Source: the human T2T-CHM13v2.0 reference genome, Homo sapiens. Taken from it: 64,000 nucleotides of DNA. This document shows, one piece after another, positions 43,778-64,000 of the stretch. A program made the translations under genes and the position numbers. Under the pieces are notes generated by a model. That model was not told the DNA's origin. It saw only the letters and a program-made list of their open reading frames with translations, and did not search any database. How positions within the stretch are numbered: the first letter of the stretch is position 1; each line of letters opens with the position of its first letter. Location: the NCBI RefSeq assembly GCF_009914755.1, contig NC_060926.1. One strand, 5' to 3'.

Positions 43778-44682
43778 GGAGCCAAGATGGCCGAATAGGA
43801 ACAGCTCCGGTCTATAGCTCCCAGCGTGAGCGACGCAGAAGACGGGTGATTTCTGCATTTCCATCTGAGGTACCGGGTTCATCTCACTACGGAGTGCCAG
43901 ACAGTGGGCGCAGGCCAGTGTGTGTGCCCACCGTGCGCGAGCCGAAGCAGGGCGAGGCATTGCCTCACCTGGGAAGCGCAAGGGGTCAGGGAGTTCCCTT
44001 TCTGAGTCAAAGAAAGGGGTGATGGACGCACCTGGAAAATCGGGTCACTCCCACCCGAATATTGCGCTTTTCAGACCGGCTTAAGAAACGGCACACCACG
44101 AGACTATATCCCACACCTGGCTCAGAGGGTCCTACGCCCAGGGAGTCTCGCTGATTGCTAGCACAGCAGTCTGAGATCAAACTGCAAGGCGGCAACGAGG
44201 CTGGGGGAGGGGCGCCCGCCATTGCCCAGGCTTGCTTAGGTAAACAAAGCAGCCGGGAAGGGAAGCTCGAACTGGGTGGAGCCCACCACAGCTCAAGGAG
44301 GCCTGCCTGCCTCTGTAGGCTCCACCTCTGGGGGCAGGGCACAGACAAACAAAAAGACAGCAGTAACCTCTGCAGACTTAAGTGTCCCTGTCTGACAGCT
44401 TTGAAGAGAGCAGTGGTTCTCCCAGCACGCAGCTGGAGATCTGAGAACGGGCAGACTGCCTCCTCAAGTGGGTCCCTGACCCCTGACCCCCGAGCAGCCT
44501 AACTGGGAGGCACCCCCCAGCAGGGGCACACTGACACCTCACACGGCAGGGTATTCCAACAGACCTGCAGCTGAGGGTCCTGTCTGTTAGAAGGAAAACT
44601 AACAACCAGAAAGGACATCTACACCGAAAACCCATCTGTACATCACCATCATCAAAGACCAAAAGTAGATAAAACCACAAAG
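43778..44682 (+). promoter_or_regulatory. L1 5' UTR: CpG-rich internal sense promoter (YY1 motif caagatggccg) and antisense promoter
   Basis: ~905-bp L1HS-like 5' UTR with many CpGs retained; 5-bp duplication ggaag at 44256-44265 relative to the consensus as I recall it. Confidence 0.88.
44007..44222 (-). CDS. L1 ORF0 (71 aa), intact, same orientation as ACVR1C
   Basis: MAGAPPPASLPPCSLISDCCASNQRDSLGVGPSEPGVGYSLVVCRFLSRSEKRNIRVGVTRFSRCVHHPFL*; strong Kozak gcaATGG; internal donors CAG|GTGTGG (44117) and CAG|GTGCGT (44032). Confidence 0.88.
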   Translation of the reverse strand: MAGAPPPASLPPCSLISDCCASNQRDSLGVGPSEPGVGYSLVVCRFLSRSEKRNIRVGVTRFSRCVHHPFL

Positions 44683-45694
44683 ATGGGGAAAAAACAGAAC
44701 AGAAAAACTGGAAACTCTAAAACACAGAGCACCTCTCCTCCTCCAAAGGAACGCAGTTCCTCACCAGCAACAGAACAAAGCTGGATGGAGAATGATTTTG
44801 ACGAGCTGAGAGAAGAAGGCTTCAGACGATCAAATTACTCTGAGCTATGGGAGGACATTCAAACCAAAGGCAAAGAAGTTGAAAACTTTGAAAAAAATTT
44901 AGAAGAATGTATAACTAGAATAACCAATACAGAGAAGTGCTTAAAGGAGCTGATGGAGCTGAAAACCAAGGCTCGAGAACTACGTGAAGAATGCAGAAGC
45001 CTCAGGAGCCGATGCAATCAACTGGAAGAAAGGGTATCAGCAATGGAAGATGAAATGAATGAAATGAAGCGAGAAGGGAAGTTTAGAGAAAAAAGAATAA
45101 AAAGAAATGAGCAAAGCCTCCAAGAAATATGGGACTATGTGAAAAGACCAAATCTACGTCTGATTGGTGTACCTGAAAGTGATGTGGAGAATGGAACCAA
45201 GTTGGAAAACACTCTGCAGGATATTATCCAGGAGAACTTCCCCAATCTAGCAAGGCAGGCCAACGTTCAGATTCAGGAAATACAGAGAACGCCACAAAGA
45301 TACTCCTCGAGAAGAGCAACTCCAAGACACATAATTGTCAGATTCACCAAAGTTGAAATGAAGGAAAAAATGTTAAGGGCAGCCAGAGAGAAAGGTCGGG
45401 TTACCCTCAAAGGAAAGCCCATCAGACTAACAGCGGATCTCTCGGCAGAAACCCTACAAGCCAGAAGAGAGTGGGGGCCAATATTCAACATTCTTAAAGA
45501 ATTTTCAACCCAGAATTTCATATCCAGCCAAACTAAGCTTCATAAGTGAAGGAGAAATAAAATACTTTATAGACAAGCAAATGCTGAGAGATTTTGTCAC
45601 CACCAGGCCTGCCCTAAAAGAGCTCCTGAAGGAAGCACTAAACATGGAAAGGAACAACCGGTACCAGCCGCTGCAAAATCATGCCAAAATGTAA
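44683..45694 (+). pseudogene. L1 ORF1p, frameshifted
   Basis: MGKKQNRKTGNSK start; 1012 bp to the native TAA versus 1017 expected; 5-nt deletion near 45496-45501 (cttaaaga^attttc) gives a 288-aa product. Confidence 0.92.
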
Positions 45695-45733
45695 AGACCA
45701 TTGAGACTAGGAAGAAACTGCATCAACTAATGA

Positions 45734-49585
<3,852 letters not shown>

Positions 49586-51569
49586 ATAATGAGATCACAT
49601 GGACACAGGAAAGGGAATATCACACTCTGGGGACTGTGGTGGGGTCGGGGGAGGGGGGAGGGATAGCATTGGGAGATATACCTAATGCTAGATGACATGT
49701 TAGTGGGTGCAGCGCACCAGCATGGCACATGTATACATATGTAACTAACCTGCACAATGTGCACATGTACCCCAAAACTTAGAGTATAATAAAAAAAAAA
49801 AATTAAAAAAAAAAAAAAGTCTATGCTAGCATAACTTCTCCACAGCTAGTATATTCACACAAAGCAGCTTGCTCACTTGGAAAAAACTGATGTGAAATAA
49901 TCACATTTTGACCTAGCTCACATATAGCTTACATATAGCTCAATGTCCTATACGTAATAATCACCTCAAAAATATTTGAGTAAAAATGTAATGGTATTTA
50001 AATAACTGAGAGAGTAAAACCTTATCTAATATGGAATCCTCAATTTAGAATTGGCTGTAAACTTTGCTTTCAATTTCCTATTACATCTCTATGAACAAAA
50101 TTTCATAATGTAAATCAGTGTACTTGTTTCTGGAGACAAGAAATGCCTCCTATATTAAACTTTAAAACACAAGTCTGACTTTTAGATGCTTATATTTCAG
50201 AGCACTTTCCAAACAATAAAAATCATAGCACCTTTCATTTTAGGGGGGAAAAAAGCCTGTCTGGCACACCTGTCAGGTGTGCCCTGTGTCCCCAGAGAGT
50301 GAGCTATAAATGGATTTGTTCGTGTGATGGCAGAACAATTCCACAAGGGGTCCAGTGAGTATTTCTCAGCATGCACATGTCACCTTTTCCTGACTAGAGC
50401 AATGAATTTATGTCTCAAATAGAAAACCAGAAGAAAGTTAAGAAACAACAATGGGTCTTTTAAGAGGAACGAAAATAGCAAGACTTTTAAACTCCCAAAA
50501 GAATAACAATCACTTTCTGAGTCTGCAATTCTTGTAATTACAGTTTGCTTTAAAATTATTAGTTTTTGATAAATTCGATTTTAATGTTTTGGCAGTTTAT
50601 CTTCTTTCAAATGCAAACCTTTGGTTTGGTTTAAAAAGTCTAATTTAGACATGTGCCTAATCAATATGTATTATACACCTACCACAATTGATTAAATTAT
50701 CAATTTTCCTTTTCCTCTTTACGCAATTCAGAACAGAACAGGAAGGCAGAAATTGTATTGAAGTTAATAAAGCACCCACATTTTAATGTTTTGTCATATT
50801 TTCTTTATTAAAGTAATTATCTGAATTAGTGAAAAATATAATGGCATTATTAAAATAGTATATTGAAATCTGGAGGGAAAAATCAGAAATTATTACTACA
50901 CTTACCCTTTTAAGCACTGTATGTTTTGGTAGCAAAATGGGAACAAAGATACCTGAAATTTGAAGGGTTTTTTTTTTTCTGTTGAATAGTCTATTTCCAT
51001 ATGAAGGGCTGTAATTAGTGCAAGCATGAACTAAGTAGCAATTCTTATCAAAATTAACCCTAAAAAGTTCCAGTTTCTCTAGCCCAGGCTTCCTGATCTT
51101 ATTCTGGATGAATTTTCATGGACAATATTAAGGTGCTCTTGGTGCTATTTGACATCATCATTATTTCTCTGAGCATGACTCTGCTATCACCCAGAGTCTA
51201 CAGAAATCAATTCTGTCACAAACCAAAATACAACCCAGCCATAAAGGAACCAAGCAACAAAATGGGATTCCTTCACATAGGAAAAAAATACTTGTCTAAT
51301 ATTAAGGAAGTAAGATACAAAATTGTATTAAACAGAACAATTCAACTATGCTAAAATATAACTAAACTATTGATAGTGGGAACTCTAGGCCAGTGGATAT
51401 AAGCACAATACATCATGAATGAATGAAATAAATAAGAAAAGCCCATGCCCGACACAGAAGAGTCAGTCACTATTCAGCTTCGGCCAACTGATAGCATGAG
51501 ACTTCAAGGATGTCATATCTTCTGAATTTTCAAGACCAGACAGGAATCTGGATTTTTATATTAAGACTT

Positions 51570-51920
51570 TATCTTCATCCATTCTGTAAAACAGCATACA
51601 CTGGGTAACTTATAAAGAACAGAAATTTATTTCTCATAGTTCTGGAGGCTAGGAAGTCTAAGATCAACATGCCAGCAGATTCTATGTTTGGTGAAGGGCT
51701 GCTTTCTGGTTCATAGAAGGCACCTTCTCCCTGTGTCCTCTTATGGTGGAGGGAGCAAAGGAGCTCCCTTGGACCCATTTTATGAGGGCACTAGTCTCAT
51801 TCATGAGGGCTCCACCCTCCTGACCTAATCAAGTCAAAAGACTGCTACCTTCCAGTACTATCACCTTAGAGGTTAGAATTTCAACATATGAACTTAGGGG
51901 GAACATATTTAGACCATAGC
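51570..51920 (-). mobile_element. MaLR LTR (MST/MLT1A-like)
   Basis: aaatttatttctcatagttctggaggctaggaagtc...agaccatagca. Confidence 0.8.
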
Positions 51921-52383
51921 AGACTCTTAATGTTTAACATTGTAAACAAATTCATTTTTCTTTCCCAGAAACTGTGTAGATCAAATAAAACCTGTCTACG
52001 GGCCTATCTCATAGACAGGTTTTATTTGATCCACAAACATGAATTCTACCTTCTATGGGCAGGTAGACTTGCTTTGCTGACTCTCTGGATGACTTGCTTT
52101 GCTGCTTTTACGTTAATTAGAATTGGGTTTAACTACAAATAACAAAGGAAACCAAATAAATCAATTGTTTTTCTCCCTCATGGGAAAGAGATCTGAAGAT
52201 GGGTAGTCCAATAGTAGCAGGATGGCTTCATAAAGTTTTCAGTCAGGCCCCTGTCAGCTCCCTTGTTGCTGTCCTACAGTGAAACCATCATCCTCATGAT
52301 CCAAGGCAGCTGCTATAACTCCAACCTTTGCATCCAGGCAGCATGATGATGGAGGTATACTCATGTGCCAATTCTGTTTTGTA

Positions 52384-52994
<611 letters not shown>

Positions 52995-53569
52995 AACAGT
53001 GCTGTTTTAATGAGTCTTCTCCAAAGTCCTCCAAACACTGCCATTTATCTAATTAGCCAGAACTCAGTTATATTACCACATTTAGCTGCAAGAGTAGCTG
53101 CAAATATTATCTGTTAGGTAGACAGCCACATAACCAGCTAAAAAGTCTAAGTTCTCCCGTGAAATGGGTATGGAAGAAAACCAGATGTCTTTGGTACACT
53201 TATTTGTAGTCATATTAACTTTTGACTCATTACGGTTTTTTTAATTAGAAAAAGAATATATGTGCAAAAAAACAAGTCAGACACTATACAAATTGACAAG
53301 GGAAGAGTTAAAGAATGTCCTCTGCCTGTCAGCTGTCTCCAATACCTACTCCAGATATTCACAGAATGTGTGAACTTCCACAGATTTACCTACACTCACA
53401 CATTACTTTGAAACTTGATGTTTTATTCTTCTTTTGTTGTGAAATATAATGAATATACAGAAAATTATGTACAATATATAGGTAGAAGATAACAAATAAT
53501 TATAAATGTCCATGTAAATCCCCTCTCTGCTCAACATTGGCACCCCCATTCTGAGAAATCCCCACATGA

Positions 53570-53934
<365 letters not shown>

Positions 53935-54049
53935 GGAATAATCATTTCTTTGCCTTAAAAAAATAAGTCTATCATTGTGCTTGATCATTTTCTTGTCAAC
54001 TTGGGTAAACTTGAACTATGGCTCCCAGAGTATCATTTCCTATATGGTT

Positions 54050-57000
54050 CCAGGTCAAAGTTAGGATGCTTGCACATATGTTCATGAATGAGAATGGCTT
54101 GTACTTTTCCTTTTCTATACTGTTTTTGTTTGGTTTTGATATCAAATTTATGCATAAAATGAGATTCCTCCTTGTCTACACTTTGGAAGAGTTTGTGTAA
54201 GAATTACCTGTTCCTGGAAGTTTAGCACAATTTTCTGGTAGAGCCTTTTGGGCTTTGAAATTTTCTTAATGAGAATATATTTTTACTGCCCATTTTATAA
54301 CTGATTCAAGTTCTTTAATATCGCAAGACTATTCAGGTTCAGTAAATTATAATTTTCTAAAAAGTAGGTTGTTCATAAATCATGTTGTTTCAACCCTGTA
54401 TATTCTCCTAATTTAAAAAAATCTACTGTAATATCAATTACCAAGACAGTGGTATGCTGAAATCTCCCTCCGAGATTGTGGACTTCTCTATTTATCCTTA
54501 TAGATCTGTAAATATTTTCTTTATTTTTGAGACTTCATTCTTAAGTACATACAAATTTAGATTTCTTTAAAAATCCCTGGTAAACTGAAACTTGAGATGT
54601 TAAAAAGTGATATTTTTAAACTCTGGTAATTTTTTTGCATTAAATTCTGTTTTGTCTTCTATTAATTTAAGTAAACTAACACTTTTGTTTGTTTAATATA
54701 TGTATGATATATATTTACCATCACAATAATTTCAACATTTCTGTAGACCTTTATTTTAGATACATATTTTAAACATTTAATTGAATTTGTTTTCTACACT
54801 CTGATAATCATTGTTTTTTAACTGGAATGCTGAGTCTATCTACATTAAATTATTTACATTTAATTATTACTGATATATTTGGGTGCTTTCTCTTTGTCAC
54901 ATCTTCTGTGTGCTTCCTTTTCTCTCTTTTCTTGGCTTCTTTTGGTTTTTCTGTTTGTTTTGTTTTTGTTTTTTTGTTTTTGTTTTTGTTTTTGTTTTGG
55001 AAACAGGGTCTCATGCTCCCACCCAGGCTGGAGTGCAGTGGCAGCCAGGTTGGAGTGCAATGGTGTGAGCACGGCTCACTGCATCCTTGACTTCCTGGGC
55101 TCAAGCAACCCTCCTGCCTCAGCTTCCCAAGTAGCTGGGATCGCAGGCACATGCCACCGTGCCTGACTAATTTTTAAAAAATTTTTGTAGAAGCAGGGTC
55201 TTGCCATGTTGCCCAGGCTGATCTCAAACTCTTGAGCTCAAGCAACACTCCCACCTCGGCCTCTCAAAGCATCGGGATTGCAGGCTTGAGCCACCATGCC
55301 CAGACCTCCTGACATTTTTTGGATTTGTTTTTATTATTCCATTTTTCCGTACTGGAGATTAGAAAGAATATACTTACATTCTATTCTTTTAAAAGTAACA
55401 CAGAAATGACAACAGGCACATTTTAAAGCATTAATGCTTAAAAATTCTTTTACCCTTCTCCTAGACAGAATAAGGTCCTTAGAACATTTTAACTCCGTTG
55501 GCCCCTCTCCTGACACATCCAGTATGTCATTATTACACTGAATGGTTTATATTAATATTTTTAAAGCCCTATATGATTATTACTGTTATTGTCAATAATG
55601 TTCTTTAGAATTAGTCACATATTCTCATTTTCTTTGCTTTTCATTCCTCCTTGCATGTCAGAACTTTGATGTTACTTTCTTTCTGCCTGAAGTACCTCCT
55701 TCAGAATTTCCTTTATCAAGGGGTCACTAATAGCAAACTCACTCTATTTCTGTTACTTTACAAGGGCCTCTTCCTTACCCTCCTTCTTTAAAAATATTTT
55801 TGCTGGATATAGAATTCTGTTGCTAGCTATTTTCTTTCAAAATATTGCAAATATAATTACACTGTTTCTCTTTTCACTTCTTGCTATTGAGAAGACAATG
55901 TTAATTCTACCTGGGTTAACATGTTAATAAATGTTCATTGATTAACACTGAATTCAACTTAATTGAATTTAATTAAGACAATTCAAAGGAGCTGAATTTA
56001 ATGTTAATCTCTTTAGGTGAATTTAATGTTAAATTGAGTTTAATTGAATTTAATGTTAAATTGAACTTAACATTATATTCAATTAAATTGATTAACATTA
56101 AATTAAATTCAGCTCTAATTAACTTTTTTTCCTCTGTCAACTTTTAGGACTTCCCTTTGTCTTTGGTGTTCTGTAGTTTTACTATAATGTGTTAAGCTTT
56201 GGAAGTCTTTTTATTTGTCCTATTGATATTCATTGACTTTCTTGGGATTGGGGAAGGGCGTTCTTCTCAATTCTGGAAATTTTTGAGCTGTTACCTTTGC
56301 AGACACTGCTTTTGCCCAATTTTCTCTCCCCTCTCTTTTGGACTCGTATGTGAAAGCATGTGTTAACTCTTCTTTCACTTTCCTCTATTTGTCATCCTCT
56401 CTTCCATATATTCCATTTGTATTCTCTATATACTGCATACAAAATTATTTCTTCTGATCTGTATTTAAGACCCCTATTTCTCTCCTCAATCATTCTTATG
56501 CTAATTGTTCTTAAACCTATCCCTAAGTTGTGTAAATTAGTTACTGTATTTTTAATTTTAAGAGTTTTCTTCTGTGCTTGTTTAAATCTGCTAGGTCACT
56601 TTTTAATGGTTTCCTATTCTCTAAAAATATTTTCAAGTTTGCCTTTTGTTTCTTTACATTTGGAAAATATTTGGTCTATAATTTTTGTCTGTTAATTCCA
56701 ATATGTGAAGCCATCATCTGTTTCTGGTATATGCTCTTTCCTGTTGTCCTTATTCATACTGCCTCACATGCTTGTATGCTTGGTTATTGGAAGTACTGAA
56801 ATATGGAAGTAGGCTGGTGACATTGTCAAGCCTCTTTATTAACAAACAATAGACCCTGACTACTTCCAGATTTCTTGTCATATGAGTCACTGAATTTCCT
56901 TATTAAGATATTATTATCTAAATTTCGGATACTTTTATTTATAAATGTCCTGGCTGATACATTTTTTTAACTTTTGCCCATCTAATAGGTGGGAAAAATG

Positions 57001-57620
57001 GAATACCAGCTAATAGTGAGGTTAAACATCTTTTCAATATTTGACCATTTGGATTTTCTCCTCTGTAAAATTTGTTTATGCCCTTTCATTCTTTTTCATT
57101 TAGCATTTCCCCTTTCTCAGTCTCTCTCACGCACCCCCTCTCTTCCCCAACCCCCGTCTTGCAATTAACACACACACACACACAAACACACACGCGCGCA
57201 CGCACACACGTGCGCGTGCTATTTATCTTTCAAATAGTTATCTTTTTCCAGTCATATATACTACAAGTATTTCTACATTTCTACCCAATATTTAAATTGT
57301 TTTCTGGTTTTATTTATGTTATCTTTTATCATTCATTTTTATTTTAGTTTTCATCAAGTCAATTATATCTTTCTTCTCCTTTTATAGCAGCTGGGTTTCC
57401 TATCTTATTTAAGAACAGTTCCATACTATAAAGTCATAAAAAATCTTTTTTTCTAAATTTTTCTCTGACATTTAAATTGTTTTATATTTCACAATTAGAT
57501 ATTTAATCAAGCTGTAATTTATTTTTGTATATGGTATGACACTGTGGTACAGTCTTGTTTTCTTCCAGATGGATAGATAATTATGCCAGCATCATTTCAA
57601 AAATAAACTATCTTAGAATT
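54050..57620 (-). mobile_element. Ancient L1M fragments with an AluJ at about 54940-55305
   Basis: T-rich antisense L1M text (tttttgctggatatagaattct; tttatttttgtatatggtatga); boundaries approximate. Confidence 0.6.
57168..57219. repeat. (CA)n/(CG)n alternating purine-pyrimidine tract
   Basis: acacac...cacgcgcgcacgcacacacgtgcgcgtgc. Confidence 0.9.
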
Positions 57621-59136
57621 TCCATTTTTGCCAAGTTACACTTTAGATGTCCACAGAAACCCTTCTTGCTACAGTACACATAAAAATGCTGAATAAAATA
57701 TCAATAATTTTTTTCTATTTTATGATAAAGCTGGTGCGAAAATAAATGAATTGCTCGACAGCCAAGAATAAAGTACAAATCCAGAGAGGGGATTGAGCAC
57801 TGTGGCTGCCTTGATCCTGGAGGCATCTGCCAGCTCTTGGTGGTGAAGTGCTCAGTTTACCACACTGTATCACGAGGCTGGGAAATAAAATATGGTTCCC
57901 GAAACAGTGAAAGGTCAGATCAGCGATTCTTGCATAAATCAGACAACTAAGAATGGCACTGCCATGAAAACAAAACAAGACAACAAAATAAAAAGTTCTA
58001 CAGAGACAGATAGGGTATATGCTTGTGTGTCTCAAGCCCAACTTTGGGTAAAGCAGAAAAAAGACAAAAAAACAATCTGAGAGTTCCTCACTACAAGTGT
58101 GTATCCCTTACAGGCAGGCTTAGAGTCAGAATTCACTCTATTACTTTGGCCCCAAAAACCTAATCAAAACACTGAATGGTTTTGGGTTGGTAACACCCCC
58201 CAAGAAGCTGGCAGAAGCTAATATAAATCTTCTCTGGAGGAACAAATTTTAAATACGGGCTTCAAAAGTTTCCTTCAGATAAGGTTTCCCAAGACCATGA
58301 GCTCACAATAAAATAAATCATTAAAAAACACAAGGAAAGAAGTCACCAAGAATATGAATCAGCAGAATCAAAAACAGCAGAACCAAACCCAGAGAGACTA
58401 TAGATATTGAAATCATCAAAGATTCAAAACTTTGAAAATATGAAAAAAAGGGTTTAAGAGACATGTTGAATAGAGACAGAAGGCCGAAATTACATGAAAT
58501 CAGGAAGGAATTGTGAGGAGAATTGAGGGGGACTGATTAGGGGGCTTACAGACAGAAACCACTGTAAGGATACACACCTACTAGGGGGAGACGGGAGGGG
58601 AGTCATGAGCTCTAGTCAGGAGAAAAATTTTGTCACACACACAAAAAATAAAACAAAGGCCCAACCATAACAAATAGGATCTAAGTACAGAACACAGGAC
58701 CAGCTGAAGCATGAGACTGTTACTGCACTTACATCAAGTCAGCTACCCAGAAATGACCCCACCATCTGGGGTGACTGATGAAAGAGCCAGAGAGGCAAGG
58801 ATCCACTTGGCTTTCAGGTGAAACTGTAAAGGGAAGTCCGAGATTTTGTCCGGCCTCTTCTGGTCACCTCCCGACCTTTCTTCTACTGTGTAGTACATGA
58901 ACATGATGCAGACTATCAAGTACTGTAGAAATATCACACTGTCTACTTTTCAGAGTACATTTCTATATTTCCTGTTTTGTGATCACTTTGAAATTGACAA
59001 ATCCCTACAGGCAGAGGGGGAGATGTCAATCACACTCACTGGTGACACAGAAACAGTGGAGTTGTTGGCACTAGCTTCATCATCCAGTGCTCAGCCTGAA
59101 AGTCCGCAACTTTTTCAAATAAAAAGGTTTGCATCT

Positions 59137-59398
59137 GGCCAGGTACAGTGGCTCATGCCTGTAATCCCAGCACTTTGGGAAGCTGAAGCAGGAAGACTGC
59201 TTAAGGCCATGAGTTTAAGATACGCCTGTGCAACATTGTAGGACCCCATCTCAAAAAAATAATTTTTTTTTTGAAATTAGCCAGATGTGGTGGCATGTGC
59301 CTGTAGTCCCACCTACTCAAGAAGCTAAGGTAGAAAGATCGCTTGAGCCCAGGAGTTCAAGGCTGCAGTGAGCCATGGAGCAAGACACTGCCTTAAAA
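59137..59398 (+). mobile_element. AluJ
   Basis: Diverged dimer with a right-arm deletion. Confidence 0.82.
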
Positions 59399-59509
59399 AA
59401 TTTTTTTTTAATTAAAAACAAGCTTGAGTTCAATTAAATGTTCCGTAGCATTTCTTGTAGACATTAATTAGTGGCCAGACAACACGTATCTTCCCTATTA
59501 TAGATAACA

Positions 59510-62480
<2,971 letters not shown>

Positions 62481-64000
62481 AAAGAAAGACTGGTTACTGA
62501 TTAACTTAAGGGTAGAACATATAGACCTCTCAGTACTTTGGTAGAGCTTACAGTTGGGCTGGGAAGGACCTACATTCTAGCTGCATTAGGTACGCTTGAT
62601 TTGCCCAATTGCATATGAGACATCTTGCCCTCTAATACCTTTTGTTATAGTCAAAGAATGTAGTCTTGAGGATCATTCACTATTGGGAAGATACATTACA
62701 AGTCACTGCCACAGCTAAAGAGGAGACTCTCCTTTTTACCCCTAAAATCCTTTGTATTTGGCTATGGAGAAGACCATTAAACATAAGGAGACTTCACTTT
62801 AAGGTGTCTCTGGAGCACAGATAAACTGGGGGATAAAATATAAGGAAACAAGTGCCCATAATAGATCCCAGATCACCACCAAAGCAAGGAAGTCTATGGC
62901 ATCTGAGATAGAGAGAATAAGTGTGGTCTAAAATCCACGACTGCAAGTAGTGTTCAGGGATGAAATATGCCAAGTATAACTTTTGAGGTTGCAATATACA
63001 TGATAATGCCTTACAACAGTGTTTCCAAGGTTGGGACAAGTACTAGTGCTGGTACATGGAATTACTTTAAGAGTTTTTTTTCTGAGATGAATTGGGATGG
63101 CAAACAAACATGATATTACATAACACTGAATCATATTATGATTCCTTCTCTTATTCTCTTAGTTTTTTTGGATTTTGTAAGAAAAAGTCTCCTTTCCTGC
63201 TAATATGTCTTTTACACTTCTTCTCTCTTTTAAAAAAGAGAAAATGCAAAATACCTAACTGAAATGCAGGAGCATTGTTTGTTTGTTTACATAGTTATCT
63301 TCTATTTAGGGCAAGTACACTGGTTTTTAATTGGTGGTAGTGATATTATATTTTATAAAATAAATGTTTTTCAATTAAAAGGTGGTTAGTTTATTTAAAA
63401 AATAGGTAAAAAGTACTTTAGTGGTATACTGATATGATGACATATGAACACCTGAGATTGGATAACATTGCCTTAAAATGTTAATTTGTAAGGAAATATA
63501 TGTATCTCTGTTATAGATACATCTGTATTGATAATCATTAAATTATTGTTATATTAAAAATCTTAAAGAAATTCAATAGCAGGACTATTTTCACATCATA
63601 AACTAGTTTTAAATTCAGAATTACATGTCCCTTAATGTGTCCCAAAGTTTCAGATCCCAGGTTCCTGATAAAGGGCCAGATCAGGATTTTTAGCTTCTTA
63701 TAAATTGGGATAAAGCACTGTATAATATGACGAAAGGCAGAAATATATCTGAACAATGATGAAGGGTCGAATTCCATTCTGCCTCTATCTCTCTGGGGTG
63801 TGCTCTCACTTGAATGTGGGTAGATAAAGAAGATATGCAGAGGATATCCCTGAAAAAAAGATTCTGTCCCCAGAAAAGTTGGCAATCTGCTATTTTTAGT
63901 TATGCTCTTTTTCTTCTCAGTATGTATTTCAATGTCTTTTACACATGATCTTAGCCGAAAGGCCAAGAAGCAATCTCAATTTCTTTTTAAAAACTCCATA

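Noticed and set aside
44223-44348. Apparent N-terminal extension of ORF0 to 113 aa
   Set aside because: It starts at TTG and spans the 5-bp duplication; the ATG at 44222 has a strong Kozak context and is the expected ORF0 start.

Overview
Human genomic DNA (the AluYb8 and L1HS-type elements are human-specific) covering the 3' part of ACVR1C (ALK7, a TGF-beta family type I receptor kinase) on the minus strand. It holds coding exons 3-9 with exact GT-AG boundaries, a ~7.1 kb 3' UTR ending near 4200, and ~30 kb of intron 2; exons 1-2 lie beyond the window. The introns are rich in retroelements: a full-length but dead L1HS (pre-Ta-like) antisense to the gene, a twin-primed inverted L1PA2, an older L1PA, an AluYb8, about 20 other Alu-family copies, LTRs and old L1M/L2/MIR. 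The top finding is that the L1HS antisense promoter points into ACVR1C and carries an intact ORF0 whose first splice donor is phase 1, exactly in frame with exon 3. This predicts a 427-aa ORF0-ALK7 fusion lacking the ligand-binding domain but keeping TM, GS box and kinase. Inverted and direct L1/Alu pairs also bracket the symmetric exons 3-4. Repeat subfamily calls come from remembered consensus diagnostics, not a RepeatMasker run, and all expression claims are untested inference.
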